Of a stretch of 64,000 bases of DNA, positions 1-10,078 are shown in pieces. The position numbers and the translations under genes were made by a program. The stretch is from IMG/VR virus record IMGVR_UViG_3300021399_000099, positions 128,001 through 192,000 of that record, one strand, 5' to 3'. Source of the DNA: a virus (taxonomy: Duplodnaviria; Caudoviricetes). Below the pieces are notes generated by a model. It did not search any database, was not told the origin of the DNA, and saw only the letters and a list, made by a program, of their open reading frames with translations. The first letter of the stretch is position 1; every line of letters starts with the position of its first letter.

Positions 1-234
1 CATACAGACAAGCTGGAAACGGAAATCATCCTTCCTCGTTATTTCGTGGGTTTTAATATATTCCCTGAGGTGTTTCATTAGGGACTTTGTGCCGACATAC
101 TTAAGATATAGCGGCATGAAGTCCCTGTTAAACTCCATCGCTTCCTTATCACGGTAACTTTCCGGTTCCCTGTCAAGATACTTAGCATAGTGCTCCAGAT
201 ACCATGGAAGCTCACGCACATTCTTATCCTCCAT
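1..234 (-). CDS. hypothetical protein (partial, runs off window)
   Basis: ATG at 234 (MEDKNVRELPWYLEHY...), frame open to position 1. Confidence 0.55.
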   Translation of the reverse strand, partial: MEDKNVRELPWYLEHYAKYLDREPESYRDKEAMEFNRDFMPLYLKYVGTKSLMKHLREYIKTHEITRKDDFRFQLVCM

Positions 235-850
235 AGTACAGAATGGTTGGGTTATCCTTATGTATTTCAATACCAGGCCACTTCTTTTTGAAGTCCCTCA
301 CATCAAACGGAGACACAAGTAAATGAGTGCCGTTAGGGGTAGGAACAACCAGAATTTCTCCGCTAGTCTTCCCTCGCCCCTCATTATATTCGTTCATAAT
401 GAAGTCGATATATGGCTGAATTTCCTTGTCGTCCTTAATGTCGTCCAGGTCCATAACCCACCTCTTGTTGATTCCGCACCCGCCAGGCACACTGTATTTA
501 CCGGCACAAGTCTCTGGCAGTGAAAGCAGGGCCTTGTAGTTACCATTTTCGACAATATCTGCCAGTTCCTTAAATGCCTTGATAGCACACACCTTGTAAG
601 AGGAAGGGTTTGTGGCAATATAAGCCCTGGCATTGAACGTCTCACAAAGTTTGACAATAATATCCTTATGAGACAACAGATATTCCCTGGACTCAATGAA
701 CATCGTACGGATAATCTTCGGCTTCTCGCCGGTATCCTTCGTACGGGTCATAATCTGGAGCATATAGAACACGTCACCTGCTAGCTCATCAACCAAATCC
801 TCCTTAAAAAGGAAAGTATTTGCAATCAAATCAAAATTATCTACTTTCAT
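224..850 (-). CDS. conserved phage protein, possible AEP/primase-like fold
   Basis: 208 aa; motifs WVMDLDD and VPTPNGTHLL resemble AEP DxD and TxxGxH. Confidence 0.4.
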   Translation of the reverse strand: MKVDNFDLIANTFLFKEDLVDELAGDVFYMLQIMTRTKDTGEKPKIIRTMFIESREYLLSHKDIIVKLCETFNARAYIATNPSSYKVCAIKAFKELADIVENGNYKALLSLPETCAGKYSVPGGCGINKRWVMDLDDIKDDKEIQPYIDFIMNEYNEGRGKTSGEILVVPTPNGTHLLVSPFDVRDFKKKWPGIEIHKDNPTILYYGG

Positions 851-894
851 AACTTAATGATAATATACAAAAAAATATTCAAAGTACAAAACTG

Positions 895-1101
895 TTAGCG
901 GTAAAGCTCCCAGTCGTCCGCAGTTACGTCGTCCAGGGAGAAACACTTGTCGGTAAAGCAAAAAGACGCATACTTACCGGCAATATCTGTCATTCCCCAG
1001 ACCTTATCACCGTTTGACATAATATATACGCCATCATTCCAAGACGTACGCCTGACCTTCTTCCCGTAAATCAGTGGCTGAATAATCTCTTCAAAAGTCA
1101 T
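895..1101 (-). CDS. DUF2829 / Tad2-like anti-defence sponge protein
   Basis: MTFEE..L..GKKVRR.SW...DVTADDWE pattern typical of DUF2829. Confidence 0.65.
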   Translation of the reverse strand: MTFEEIIQPLIYGKKVRRTSWNDGVYIMSNGDKVWGMTDIAGKYASFCFTDKCFSLDDVTADDWELYR

Positions 1102-1106
1102 AACTC

Positions 1107-1481
1107 TTACTTATTATACCATTTAACATATTCGAAATCCTTCCTTATATATCCGGCACAGATTTGACTTGGAACAGCATGGATGGTACTTTCCTTATCC
1201 TTTGTGGCATAATACCCTTCCCCGTCACTATCACAGAAACCGCCAACCTCACAACACCCGATAAACTCCTTGAGTGGCATAAGGTCGCCAAAGCTCAAAT
1301 GGTCGTGCAGCTCGTATTCATCGGTAATCATATTCAGCTCGCCCATAATGGGTATGACCTCTTTATTCAACTTTTCCACCTCTTTACGCCACTCTTCAAA
1401 CGGTAGTCCGGCGTTCCACAGCTTGTCAAACTCCTTATCCCACTTTTTAAGCTGTTTCTTTAACTCTTTTTTCCTTTCCAT
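1107..1481 (-). CDS. hypothetical protein
   Basis: 124 aa ORF directly behind sigma54-type motif at 1491-1508. Confidence 0.7.
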   Translation of the reverse strand: MERKKELKKQLKKWDKEFDKLWNAGLPFEEWRKEVEKLNKEVIPIMGELNMITDEYELHDHLSFGDLMPLKEFIGCCEVGGFCDSDGEGYYATKDKESTIHAVPSQICAGYIRKDFEYVKWYNK

Positions 1482-1802
1482 AACTCTAATTTACAAAAAA
1501 CGTGCCAATCTGTCAAAAAATGAAGAAAAATAACAAAAAACCCCGGAAATGTCATTTTTTCCGGGGTCTTTCCCTTCAGTGCGTGGCCTTATATGCGATG
1601 TATCTCACAAACCAACCGAAATTACTGTCCTTAACTCGGTTGAAAAGGTAGATGCAAAGGAATACTGGCCAACAGATTACCTGCCAGAAAGACTCAATAG
1701 TGGGAAACAGATTGACCGACTTAGCAGACATACCGAACATCAGCCCGGTATATGCATAAAACCAAATGATTAAAAAAACTGCAGTCATATATCTAAACAT
1801 TT

Positions 1803-2561
1803 TTAAAGTGCTGAACAACCACCCTTTGGAACAAACATCTGGCCGAGCCCCATCTTGAATTTCGTTTTCTGGTGCATAGATTCGATTGCTTCATCAACCT
1901 TCTTATCGCCACTTGTTCCTTTTACAAGATAAGTGTCAATGGCAGCGTAACTGAAACCCCACTTGGCGAATTTCTCATCATCAGGTGCGGAATTTGGAAG
2001 CCCGTCATCTGGAATCTTATCAACCCATTCAGCAGGAAGACCAAGAGCATAACCAACTCCCTTAACCTGGCGGACCGTAAGATTACCAATGGGTTCTACG
2101 TCGCTGGCTCCATCACCATAACGAGTGAAATACCCTACATAGTTCTCGCTGGCATTGCATGTACCAATCACACGACCGTTATTGGACTGGGAAATAGCAT
2201 AGAGGACGGTCATTCTAAGCCTCGGGGGAATATTCTGCTCGGTCTGTTTGCTCATATGTCCCGGAAAAACCGTCTTAATCTCATCAGTAAGACTCCCGAT
2301 AGGGAACTCAAGAAACTTGATACCAAGATATTCAGCAATCTTGTCAGCATCGTTAAGTCCTTGCCCAGTGTCCGGAATACCAACGCCAATAACCCTATCT
2401 TTACCAAGGGCTTCCACACAAAGAGCTGCCACGATGGTGCTATCCTTACCGCCAGAAAGTCCGATTACGGCATTGCAATCTGGACCGTTCTTTTCAAACC
2501 AGTCCTTAATCCACTGAACCAGTTCGTTTTTCAAACCATTAAATCTTTCCGTCATAACCAT
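1803..2561 (-). CDS. nadE: NH3-dependent NAD+ synthetase
   Basis: GLSGGKDS PP-loop, RLRM, GTCNASE..VGYFTRYGDG. Confidence 0.93.
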   Translation of the reverse strand: MVMTERFNGLKNELVQWIKDWFEKNGPDCNAVIGLSGGKDSTIVAALCVEALGKDRVIGVGIPDTGQGLNDADKIAEYLGIKFLEFPIGSLTDEIKTVFPGHMSKQTEQNIPPRLRMTVLYAISQSNNGRVIGTCNASENYVGYFTRYGDGASDVEPIGNLTVRQVKGVGYALGLPAEWVDKIPDDGLPNSAPDDEKFAKWGFSYAAIDTYLVKGTSGDKKVDEAIESMHQKTKFKMGLGQMFVPKGGCSAL

Positions 2562-2838
2562 AACGATTTTTAGTGATATAATCCTTCATAATAACGGCAT
2601 GAACCGTCAATGACAGTTTAAATAAACTCCCAATGCACTCTTCTGGCAACTTATACCCTTCCTTTAAATAAACAACGTTATCTATTAAGACTGAATCATA
2701 TAAGTCCAAAAAGTCTTCCTTTTGACAAATATCGGGGAATCCTACGCATTTCTGGTATAAAGCCTCCCGGTATTTTTCCGGGAGGTCTGTCATTGGCTTC
2801 TGTTCCATATGCTCTTAATCTGCATTTCTATTTGTTTG

Positions 2839-3747
2839 TTATAAACTTTTTACTTTGTTCCACTTTCTTTCTAAAAAATCGACATCATCACAAAAAGTTG
2901 CAATTTTCTTAATGTCATCTCTATTACCGATGACTAAAGCGGCCGTTCCTTTTTTTGTTATTTTTGTTGTTACTGAGGATACGCCATAGTCTCTTTTTAA
3001 AATTTCGGCAAAAAAATCAAGGTTTCCTTTCCACGAACTATGAAGTTCAATTTTAAGTTGTGGATAACCTTTTGATAACCATATGCAACCGTCTCCATCT
3101 ACAAATCCTATGAAAAAATAAACAAAATCATTTTGAAAAATCTCTAACTTTGGAGGGAAGTAGGTTTTTGCGGTTTCTTCCATACAAAGAGTTTCCCTCC
3201 AAGATTCAATCCTTGGTTTGTCATTCCCTTGTATCTTTACAAAGCCTTTATTATCTTCCTTTACTGTGACTGATAATCGTTTTGCTATTTTTTCAAGGTG
3301 TGCTCTATCAACATTTTTCAATGATATTATCAGCGTATTAGTTTTTGAAAGGTGCCCATCGGCCATAATAAATCCCCACCAATATAGACTTTCTTTTGTT
3401 AGTGCATTCAAATCTAAAAAAGACAAATCACATTTCCTACTTCGGTCTATTTTTGCCCGATATCCAAGCCAATGCGCGTGTAGTTCTATTTTTTGGTAAG
3501 TTCTCCCAGGAAACGCTTTCAGTAAGTCTTCCATGGAGTATGTTTCCCAGGCTTCTTTCAACTTTGCATTTTCTTCGGCGGTCCAACGGTCATAGTGATT
3601 TGACTTTATATGGAGAGCATCTATTTTAGCCTTTATCTGTTTTCTTGTTTTTCCCGGAAGGAGTTCAATACATTTGTAAATCCCTCCTTCCGGAAAATTT
3701 TCATAAAGAATCTGTTTTTCTTCGTCTGTCCAAGTTCTTTTACCCAT
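2839..3747 (-). CDS. free-standing LAGLIDADG homing endonuclease with N-terminal Myb-like repeats
   Basis: YWWGFIMADGH and FFIGFVDGDG motifs; WT.EE repeats. Confidence 0.8.
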   Translation of the reverse strand: MGKRTWTDEEKQILYENFPEGGIYKCIELLPGKTRKQIKAKIDALHIKSNHYDRWTAEENAKLKEAWETYSMEDLLKAFPGRTYQKIELHAHWLGYRAKIDRSRKCDLSFLDLNALTKESLYWWGFIMADGHLSKTNTLIISLKNVDRAHLEKIAKRLSVTVKEDNKGFVKIQGNDKPRIESWRETLCMEETAKTYFPPKLEIFQNDFVYFFIGFVDGDGCIWLSKGYPQLKIELHSSWKGNLDFFAEILKRDYGVSSVTTKITKKGTAALVIGNRDDIKKIATFCDDVDFLERKWNKVKSL

Positions 3748-3802
3748 GTTATATAGTGCTTTAATATAAATATATAACATTTAGTAAAAAAATCAAGGCA
3801 TA

Positions 3803-5353
3803 TTAAAACTTTCCGTCATTAAGGCGATTTCTAATATCGGCAAGACTCTCTTCTTTTATCATTTTACCGTCTTTGAAAACTGTTTCCATAAGGGTGTTCT
3901 GCATTGATTCTTCCCAAGTTAAACCGTCCTTATAGGTGATTTTCTTGTTCCACTTATCTCTCCAAAACACGGCACAGCATCCCTTCTGGGACTTTTTGAA
4001 ATTACCGCCTCCGGCTTCCCTATCAGTTTTAGGGTCCTTATAGATTGGAATCTTCGTAACAACGCCATTCTTGTCTGTGAATTCAGCGTAAATCGGCTTA
4101 ATGGCCATCGAAAAAGTGTCCCTCGTGAAAGGTTTGAGCATTCCATCTTCCTCAATACAATGCATGGAGAAGGAGCCCACACCCAGAGAAACATTGTTTG
4201 CGGCGAAACCGTTTTCCTCAAGAATTCGGTAAATCTCCTCGGCTCTCTGCACTGTAATAGAATCGCCATAAAGGGCCTTTACGTGCGGATTAAGGACCTT
4301 GTAACCCTTGGAGTTAGTTGTACCTCCAAAAATCTTCCAGAGTTCAAATACGGTCTCCGTAACCACCTTTACACAGTCGCCAGAGTCACCACGGACAAGC
4401 AGGCATCCGTTATGGGCAAGGATTTCGTCTTTAAGCGTAGGAAGAATGTTCTTTACCACATTCCAGTAATCATACGAATCGGAGACGCAGCTGAACGAAG
4501 TGTTGGGGTAAAGTTCGGTAAGGGCACGCTTGATAAAGATACGCTCGCGGTGAGGGTCAATGTCGGCGTACTCGTAATCCGGGTTATCGACCGTATCCTT
4601 TGCAGAATTGGAGCACATAACGAAATGCTCGGTGGAGACGGCGCCAAAGGCAACCTCTTCCTTTTCACAGTCGCAGTTGTAATAGTGCTCGAGATAGGGT
4701 ACGACGGGAACAGTGGCGCTATTCACGAAGGACAGACACCATGCTGAACCGGCCTTAAGTGCCGCGTCAAGGCCCTGGTCGCCACGGAAATCAAAGTTAC
4801 CGAGGGCGCGACGGCGAGGTACATTATCATCGCATGTCTTGTCATACCAATAATTTACAATCTCACGGTAAGTATGACCTACGGTAGCACAGACCATAGG
4901 ATACCACATCTCAGCGGAAATCAACGACTCCAGTGCCTGACCGAGCCAAGCGAAATCCGGATGGGTGTTGGTGATACCGAAAATGGGGCAATGAATTGGA
5001 ACGATGGTACCTTCCGGCAGGGAAACTACCTCAATGGGGAGATAGCCGAGACGATGAAGGTTTCTAATCTTTCCATAGTCACAAAGGTCTTTTCCAAGGG
5101 TATTATCCATAACCCTGGCATATTCGGCGACCACTTCTTCCTCAGTCTTTTTGAAGAAGTTCTCGTTGAAGTAGTCGATGAGCCAGGTCTTGCAGAATGC
5201 CTGGAGACCAAAATTAACCACTCCGTCCCAGCGATTAACGCGGGAACTTCTGGGGGTGAAATACGATACGCTCTTCGTCATACCCGGGTCAAGCATTTCG
5301 CTATGAACTGCCTTGTAGAAATCTTTGAGTAGTAATGCGTTACAATTAAACAT
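3803..5353 (-). CDS. NAMPT-family (nicotinamide/nicotinate) phosphoribosyltransferase, Namat/PncB-like
   Basis: DFYK, FDFRG, STEH, SCVSDSYD, VRGDSGD, YGDSIT, GVGSF, KDPKTD, KKSQKG motifs. Confidence 0.9.
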   Translation of the reverse strand: MFNCNALLLKDFYKAVHSEMLDPGMTKSVSYFTPRSSRVNRWDGVVNFGLQAFCKTWLIDYFNENFFKKTEEEVVAEYARVMDNTLGKDLCDYGKIRNLHRLGYLPIEVVSLPEGTIVPIHCPIFGITNTHPDFAWLGQALESLISAEMWYPMVCATVGHTYREIVNYWYDKTCDDNVPRRRALGNFDFRGDQGLDAALKAGSAWCLSFVNSATVPVVPYLEHYYNCDCEKEEVAFGAVSTEHFVMCSNSAKDTVDNPDYEYADIDPHRERIFIKRALTELYPNTSFSCVSDSYDYWNVVKNILPTLKDEILAHNGCLLVRGDSGDCVKVVTETVFELWKIFGGTTNSKGYKVLNPHVKALYGDSITVQRAEEIYRILEENGFAANNVSLGVGSFSMHCIEEDGMLKPFTRDTFSMAIKPIYAEFTDKNGVVTKIPIYKDPKTDREAGGGNFKKSQKGCCAVFWRDKWNKKITYKDGLTWEESMQNTLMETVFKDGKMIKEESLADIRNRLNDGKF

Positions 5354-5405
5354 ATATCTTTCTTTTAAGTTTTATTGCATATTATCTTGCAAATACCGTA
5401 CCAAA

Positions 5406-5657
5406 CTAGAGCTCCTCGGTCTCAACATAGGTCGTTTTTACAATCTTTTCGATTTTAACGACGTTGGACTTGGCCCAGTAACCGGGTGACGGATGTCTTT
5501 CCTTGATATCTTGGAAACTTGGCATGTACCATTTGAAGTAGCCATTTTTCTTAATGGTATTCAGTTTCCGTTTTTCATTTGCACCAAGCTGAAGGGTGTG
5601 GAAGTCGTCGCCGGTAATCAGGTAGTACTCCTGAGTTTCTTTCGTAATATTTGCCAT
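5406..5657 (-). CDS. hypothetical protein
   Basis: 83 aa ORF with its own sigma54-type motif at about 5689-5706. Confidence 0.6.
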   Translation of the reverse strand: MANITKETQEYYLITGDDFHTLQLGANEKRKLNTIKKNGYFKWYMPSFQDIKERHPSPGYWAKSNVVKIEKIVKTTYVETEEL

Positions 5658-5706
5658 AATTAAATCTTTATTGTTACAGCATTAACTGTACAAATATCGT
5701 GCCAAA

Positions 5707-6549
5707 CTATGCATTCAGCACGATAACTTTTTCATTATACCCGGTATAGAGGCTGTCCGTGGTATAAATGTAATCCACAGTACCGTTCTCGAGGCGTTTA
5801 AGCAGGGTTCCCTTCTCCGGGTCAAGCACACTGTTCTCCGTGTGGGTAGCATAAGCGTAGATATGTTCAAAGCCAAACTCCTTAAGCTTATCGGCGCTGT
5901 ATGCCAGGGTTCCACCGTAGGAAATAATGTCGTCAATCATAATGACGCTGCGACCAGAGCACTGGGAAGCATCAGGTTCATATCCTTCCGGTGTAGTTAT
6001 TCGGAGGCCTTTGATTTTCCCGGTCTCCCAATCACGAACCTTATGACCGATTAAGACATTTTTCTTGTTCGGGAAAAGGTCGCCGTAACGCTTGTAGGCA
6101 CCCTCGTCCGGGAAATAGAGATAATCATCGTTACCAAGGCCAATCCGTCTCACTGTATCGAGAATGAAATCCATAGGGCTCATAACCCATACGTTCTTGA
6201 TGAGTGCCGGGGTAACATTGGAGTGCGGGTCAAGTACATACACCCGATAAAACTCGAGGCTGTTGATTATGTCACAGAAGTATTTAAGTGTGAATACCTC
6301 GCTACTGTCCTTAATTCTGTCCATTCTGGCGTTGGGGACATAAAAGAGGTTAAGTACGAACAGCATATCCGGGTGAAGGCCCTTTAGATGCTTGGTAATA
6401 TAAATAAGGGTCAAAAGTTCCCCATCGTTCTCATAACGCCAAGTGATATGGTTGGCAGATGCAACGTTGAGGTAAAAATCTTGTTTCAGCAGCTGTGTTC
6501 CGTCCGGAAAGTGCTGAACTTCAACTTTTTGATTATTTACTAGAATCAT
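5707..6549 (-). CDS. prs: ribose-phosphate pyrophosphokinase-like protein (Prs / Adps-like)
   Basis: HFPDG, YVPNARMDR, LDPHS, PDEGAYKRY, IDDIISYGGT. Confidence 0.88.
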   Translation of the reverse strand: MILVNNQKVEVQHFPDGTQLLKQDFYLNVASANHITWRYENDGELLTLIYITKHLKGLHPDMLFVLNLFYVPNARMDRIKDSSEVFTLKYFCDIINSLEFYRVYVLDPHSNVTPALIKNVWVMSPMDFILDTVRRIGLGNDDYLYFPDEGAYKRYGDLFPNKKNVLIGHKVRDWETGKIKGLRITTPEGYEPDASQCSGRSVIMIDDIISYGGTLAYSADKLKEFGFEHIYAYATHTENSVLDPEKGTLLKRLENGTVDYIYTTDSLYTGYNEKVIVLNA

Positions 6550-6752
6550 ATCTTAATGTTTTTTTAAAAACCCATTCCTTCCCAAGGTTCGTCAAGGAGG
6601 CTTTCAACGGAACAATTATTCAGTGATGCTATTTCCTCGAGTTCCTTAATCCGCTCACTGGCCTTCTCTGCATCGACATAGGCCCATTCGCCGCCACCGT
6701 TAATGGCATCATAATAATCTTTATAAGGGTTATTGCTCATAATCTTGTCTTT

Positions 6753-7304
6753 TTAGATAACGTCAATCTGGCACATCTGCATGGTCTTGCAGGCAGCGAA
6801 ATGGGTCTCAGGGGTTACACCGGCGCAGCAGTCCTCAACGACCTTGACAGTGGCCTTGTCATAGAACGCAGCCTTAACCATCAGAGCATTGGAAACCACA
6901 CAGATATCGGTACAGAAACCGACAAACTCAATGTCAAGGTTGGCCCAAAGAGAAACACGCTTGATTTCGTCAATGAGGTCAAAGGAGCCAAAGGTAGGTT
7001 TCTCTACACGAACAACATTGATATTACGAATCTTTGCGTCATCAAGGGCTGCCTGGACGTTGGCTTCAATGTTCCAACCGTCAGTACCCTTTACGCAATG
7101 CACAACGGGAAGCTTCTGCCCCTCGTTAGTCTGGAGATAATCTTCTTCGTGGGTGTCCATGGTGTAAAAGATTGCATCACCGTTGAACTCACGAATCTTT
7201 TTGACAATGTTTGGAACGTTCTTGATAGCCTTTTCGTTCCTGAGGGCGCCAGTAATAAAATCGTTCTGGCAGTCGATAACGACCAAAATTTTTCTTGTTT
7301 CCAT
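6753..7304 (-). CDS. pncA: nicotinamidase (isochorismatase family)
   Basis: VIDCQNDF, DTH, HCVKGTDGW, KPTFGS, GFCTDICV. Confidence 0.88.
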   Translation of the reverse strand: METRKILVVIDCQNDFITGALRNEKAIKNVPNIVKKIREFNGDAIFYTMDTHEEDYLQTNEGQKLPVVHCVKGTDGWNIEANVQAALDDAKIRNINVVRVEKPTFGSFDLIDEIKRVSLWANLDIEFVGFCTDICVVSNALMVKAAFYDKATVKVVEDCCAGVTPETHFAACKTMQMCQIDVI

Positions 7305-7924
7305 ATTTTTGAAATTGAATGTTGTATTTTTAATGATATATACAAATACCGTGCCAAACTTACTTCCTTATTTTAACGGGTCATCACATTTAACCCACTC
7401 CCTTCTTTCTTTTTCGTACATTTTCCACCCCTTCCCATCCTCATAGTAATAGGAAAGAACGTTCCAGTCGGTATTATCTGTACCTGGAATATACTCCTTA
7501 ATGTATGCACTGATTCTCCAGAGCTTGATGATTCCTTTATCGTACATATCCAGGAAAATCTTCTTGCACGTATCATCAGCGAAACTGGCGTGTAGCGTTC
7601 CCCAATCTCCATAACTTGATAGAGATAAGCCATCCAACCCCTTTGCATTATAGGAACAATCACTGGCCATTTCCGGTTTATATCCAAGTTTTTCAATGTA
7701 CCTATGGTCTTCACCGGAACATTTATAGTCTATTGAATGCCCCTTCTCAAACGCAACATTAAACGGGTAAGGTAAATTATTCTCCATTTTCATCCTCTTT
7801 ATTGTCCTCTTCTTTGTAATACCACTCCAGATAGACAGAGTAGTTCCAGTCAATTTTGTCATAGTTCTCCTCTATCCATTTCAGCAGAGCTTTCTTGGAT
7901 GCAAACTCCTGGCCATACAGTTGT

Positions 7925-8584
7925 CTATTCATCATCTTCCTCTGCCTCCTCTCTGTCAATCTCTTCCCAAGTATCGGTCCAGTATTCGTCCGGTGGAAGT
8001 TTAAAGTCCGGGTCCCCATGTTCATGCCACCACCTCTCGACGGTCTCCCTATTGCTGCAGGGGGCGTAGTTGCTGACATTGAAATAGAAGACATTCAAGT
8101 CCCGGTTCCAGTTATAGAAACTGTTGGCCATATCCATAAACTTCTCGACGGTCTTGTAGGTTTCCTCGTCCATCGGTTCCGGGTGGTCATATCCTCTGTG
8201 TCCCGGGTCGTTTTCATTCTTACCCTCAATCCATTTATCCACAATGGGTTCCTTAAAATAACCCTTAAGGACCTCAATGATATCTGGTAGCTGGGATTTC
8301 ATCTGGTATGCATCGACAAAGTCTTCCTCGATAGATTCGTATGCTTTCCGAGGCAGGTAGTGGGCATTATAGAGATGGGCCTTCTCCCTTTCCTCCTTTG
8401 TCATCTTGGCGTGCTGTTCCTTGTACTCCTCAAAGGTAATGGAGGGATACGACGCCCGGAACATAAGGTCAAGACAGTCGTCAATGGCCCTTTCAATAAG
8501 CCCATCGTGCGAAATTACGGGTCTGGACAGATATTGTTTCCCGTTTTCCTTAAAAATCTCATTCATCGTCTTTCCTGTTTTCAA
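7925..8584 (-). CDS. hypothetical protein
   Basis: 219 aa ORF in a tightly packed operon. Confidence 0.7.
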   Translation of the reverse strand: MKTGKTMNEIFKENGKQYLSRPVISHDGLIERAIDDCLDLMFRASYPSITFEEYKEQHAKMTKEEREKAHLYNAHYLPRKAYESIEEDFVDAYQMKSQLPDIIEVLKGYFKEPIVDKWIEGKNENDPGHRGYDHPEPMDEETYKTVEKFMDMANSFYNWNRDLNVFYFNVSNYAPCSNRETVERWWHEHGDPDFKLPPDEYWTDTWEEIDREEAEEDDE

Positions 8585-8897
8585 GTTCTTTTAAAATCAT
8601 TTCTCGTAATGTTGGGGTGTCCCTTACGATGTAGCAACCGTGATAGTTCCCCAGGTGAAACTTTGCGTGGTGCTCCGTTTCCAGTCTTTTAGCCACCGTT
8701 TCTAATAGCATCCTGTCGGACTGGCGTGTTCCATAATGGTCATAGGCATATATCTTGGTGCCCATCGGCTGTGTAAAAAACTCTTGTATCGTCCTGTCAG
8801 CCAATCTTGTTGTTTCCCCGGTCGCCCTGCTCAATAATTCTTGCAACTCTTCGTCTGTTTTACTTTTTAAGAAGTTGTCATAATATTCGCTGTTCAT
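8559..8897 (-). CDS. hypothetical protein
   Basis: 112 aa, coupled to the thyX stop. Confidence 0.65.
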   Translation of the reverse strand: MNSEYYDNFLKSKTDEELQELLSRATGETTRLADRTIQEFFTQPMGTKIYAYDHYGTRQSDRMLLETVAKRLETEHHAKFHLGNYHGCYIVRDTPTLREMILKELENRKDDE

Positions 8898-10009
8898 TAT
8901 GTTGTAAGGTCTTTATCACTTATAGCCACATCAAACGGTGCAAACAAATCACGTTCCAAGTCTTCAGTGGTCAAGTATCCACGCTCGACAAATTCGTCAC
9001 GCAGGGGGTTTGCCAGCTGAATGGACATCGGGTGGGCCTTACCGGTGGCTGCTATATCGCTACGGAGGCGGAAAAAGTGTATCCACGCGTCCTTGAAACC
9101 GCAGAGAACCAGTTCAGTCTTTGTAGATAGCGGGAGAACGCCCCTTGCCTGGTCCGGTATCCACGGCTTCTTTTCCTCTTCGGCAATCCCCTCTATATGG
9201 CTCCAATCGTTTGTAAGCCCATTGTATGCGTTTTCGGCAGAATTAAGTGCAATGAGCCATTGGTCAATCCTGTCATTTTTAGGCCTACCGCCGTACTTTA
9301 CGATTCGCATAGGGACTCGAGTCGGGGGGTCATCTTCCGTTGCTTTTTCAAAAAGTTCATTTCCCCCAACATCAACCCAGTCTCCGTCCCACCATATGAC
9401 ATTTTCTCCCTCGGCAAGCTTATCTTTTCCAATCCACGGCGGTATAACGAAACAACACTGGTTGCCATATTTCTTTCTGTTGTAATTCACATACCTGGTG
9501 CTTTCCTGGACCATTGACATCACCCTATGACGCAGGAAGTCTCGTCCAAGTCCAATATCGGTAATGAACTTCACGGTATAACGCTTCTCGTGGTATTCAG
9601 TTGGCTCACAGAGATACTTCAGGTCGTCAAGGCGGTTGTTCTCCACAAGGACACGATAGTTGGTGGTGATGTACCATTTAGAATTATAAAGTGCTCCTAT
9701 CTTGCTGTATTTATTGTTGCTGTAAAATCGTACGATGCTTTGGGTGGCTCCCCAATCTTTAAGTCCTGTCGGGTGTCCATTCTCATCAACATCTACTGGC
9801 GGCTCTTCAATACACAAATACACCGTCCCGAACTCCAGCACCGCACCGTGCCCTTCCTTCACCCTATTTTCTACAAACTTTCTGGCGGTCTCTCCACCTT
9901 TCACTTCACTCTTATAGGAGGTCTTGCCACAGCGTTCTATAATGTCATAGATACCCTGTAGTCCCGGCCCCTGTTCAATAATTTCGTAACTTGGTCTAAC
10001 TAATTTCAT
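8897..10009 (-). CDS. thyX: FAD-dependent thymidylate synthase
   Basis: GHGAVLE, RHRVMSMVQESTRY, ARGVLP, FFRLR, AHP motifs. Confidence 0.92.
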   Translation of the reverse strand: MKLVRPSYEIIEQGPGLQGIYDIIERCGKTSYKSEVKGGETARKFVENRVKEGHGAVLEFGTVYLCIEEPPVDVDENGHPTGLKDWGATQSIVRFYSNNKYSKIGALYNSKWYITTNYRVLVENNRLDDLKYLCEPTEYHEKRYTVKFITDIGLGRDFLRHRVMSMVQESTRYVNYNRKKYGNQCCFVIPPWIGKDKLAEGENVIWWDGDWVDVGGNELFEKATEDDPPTRVPMRIVKYGGRPKNDRIDQWLIALNSAENAYNGLTNDWSHIEGIAEEEKKPWIPDQARGVLPLSTKTELVLCGFKDAWIHFFRLRSDIAATGKAHPMSIQLANPLRDEFVERGYLTTEDLERDLFAPFDVAISDKDLTT

Positions 10010-10078
10010 GATACTATACTTTATAAATTAAAAGTACAAAAATTCCTGGACTTTGCCAAAAATCTTTGTACTTTCTTT

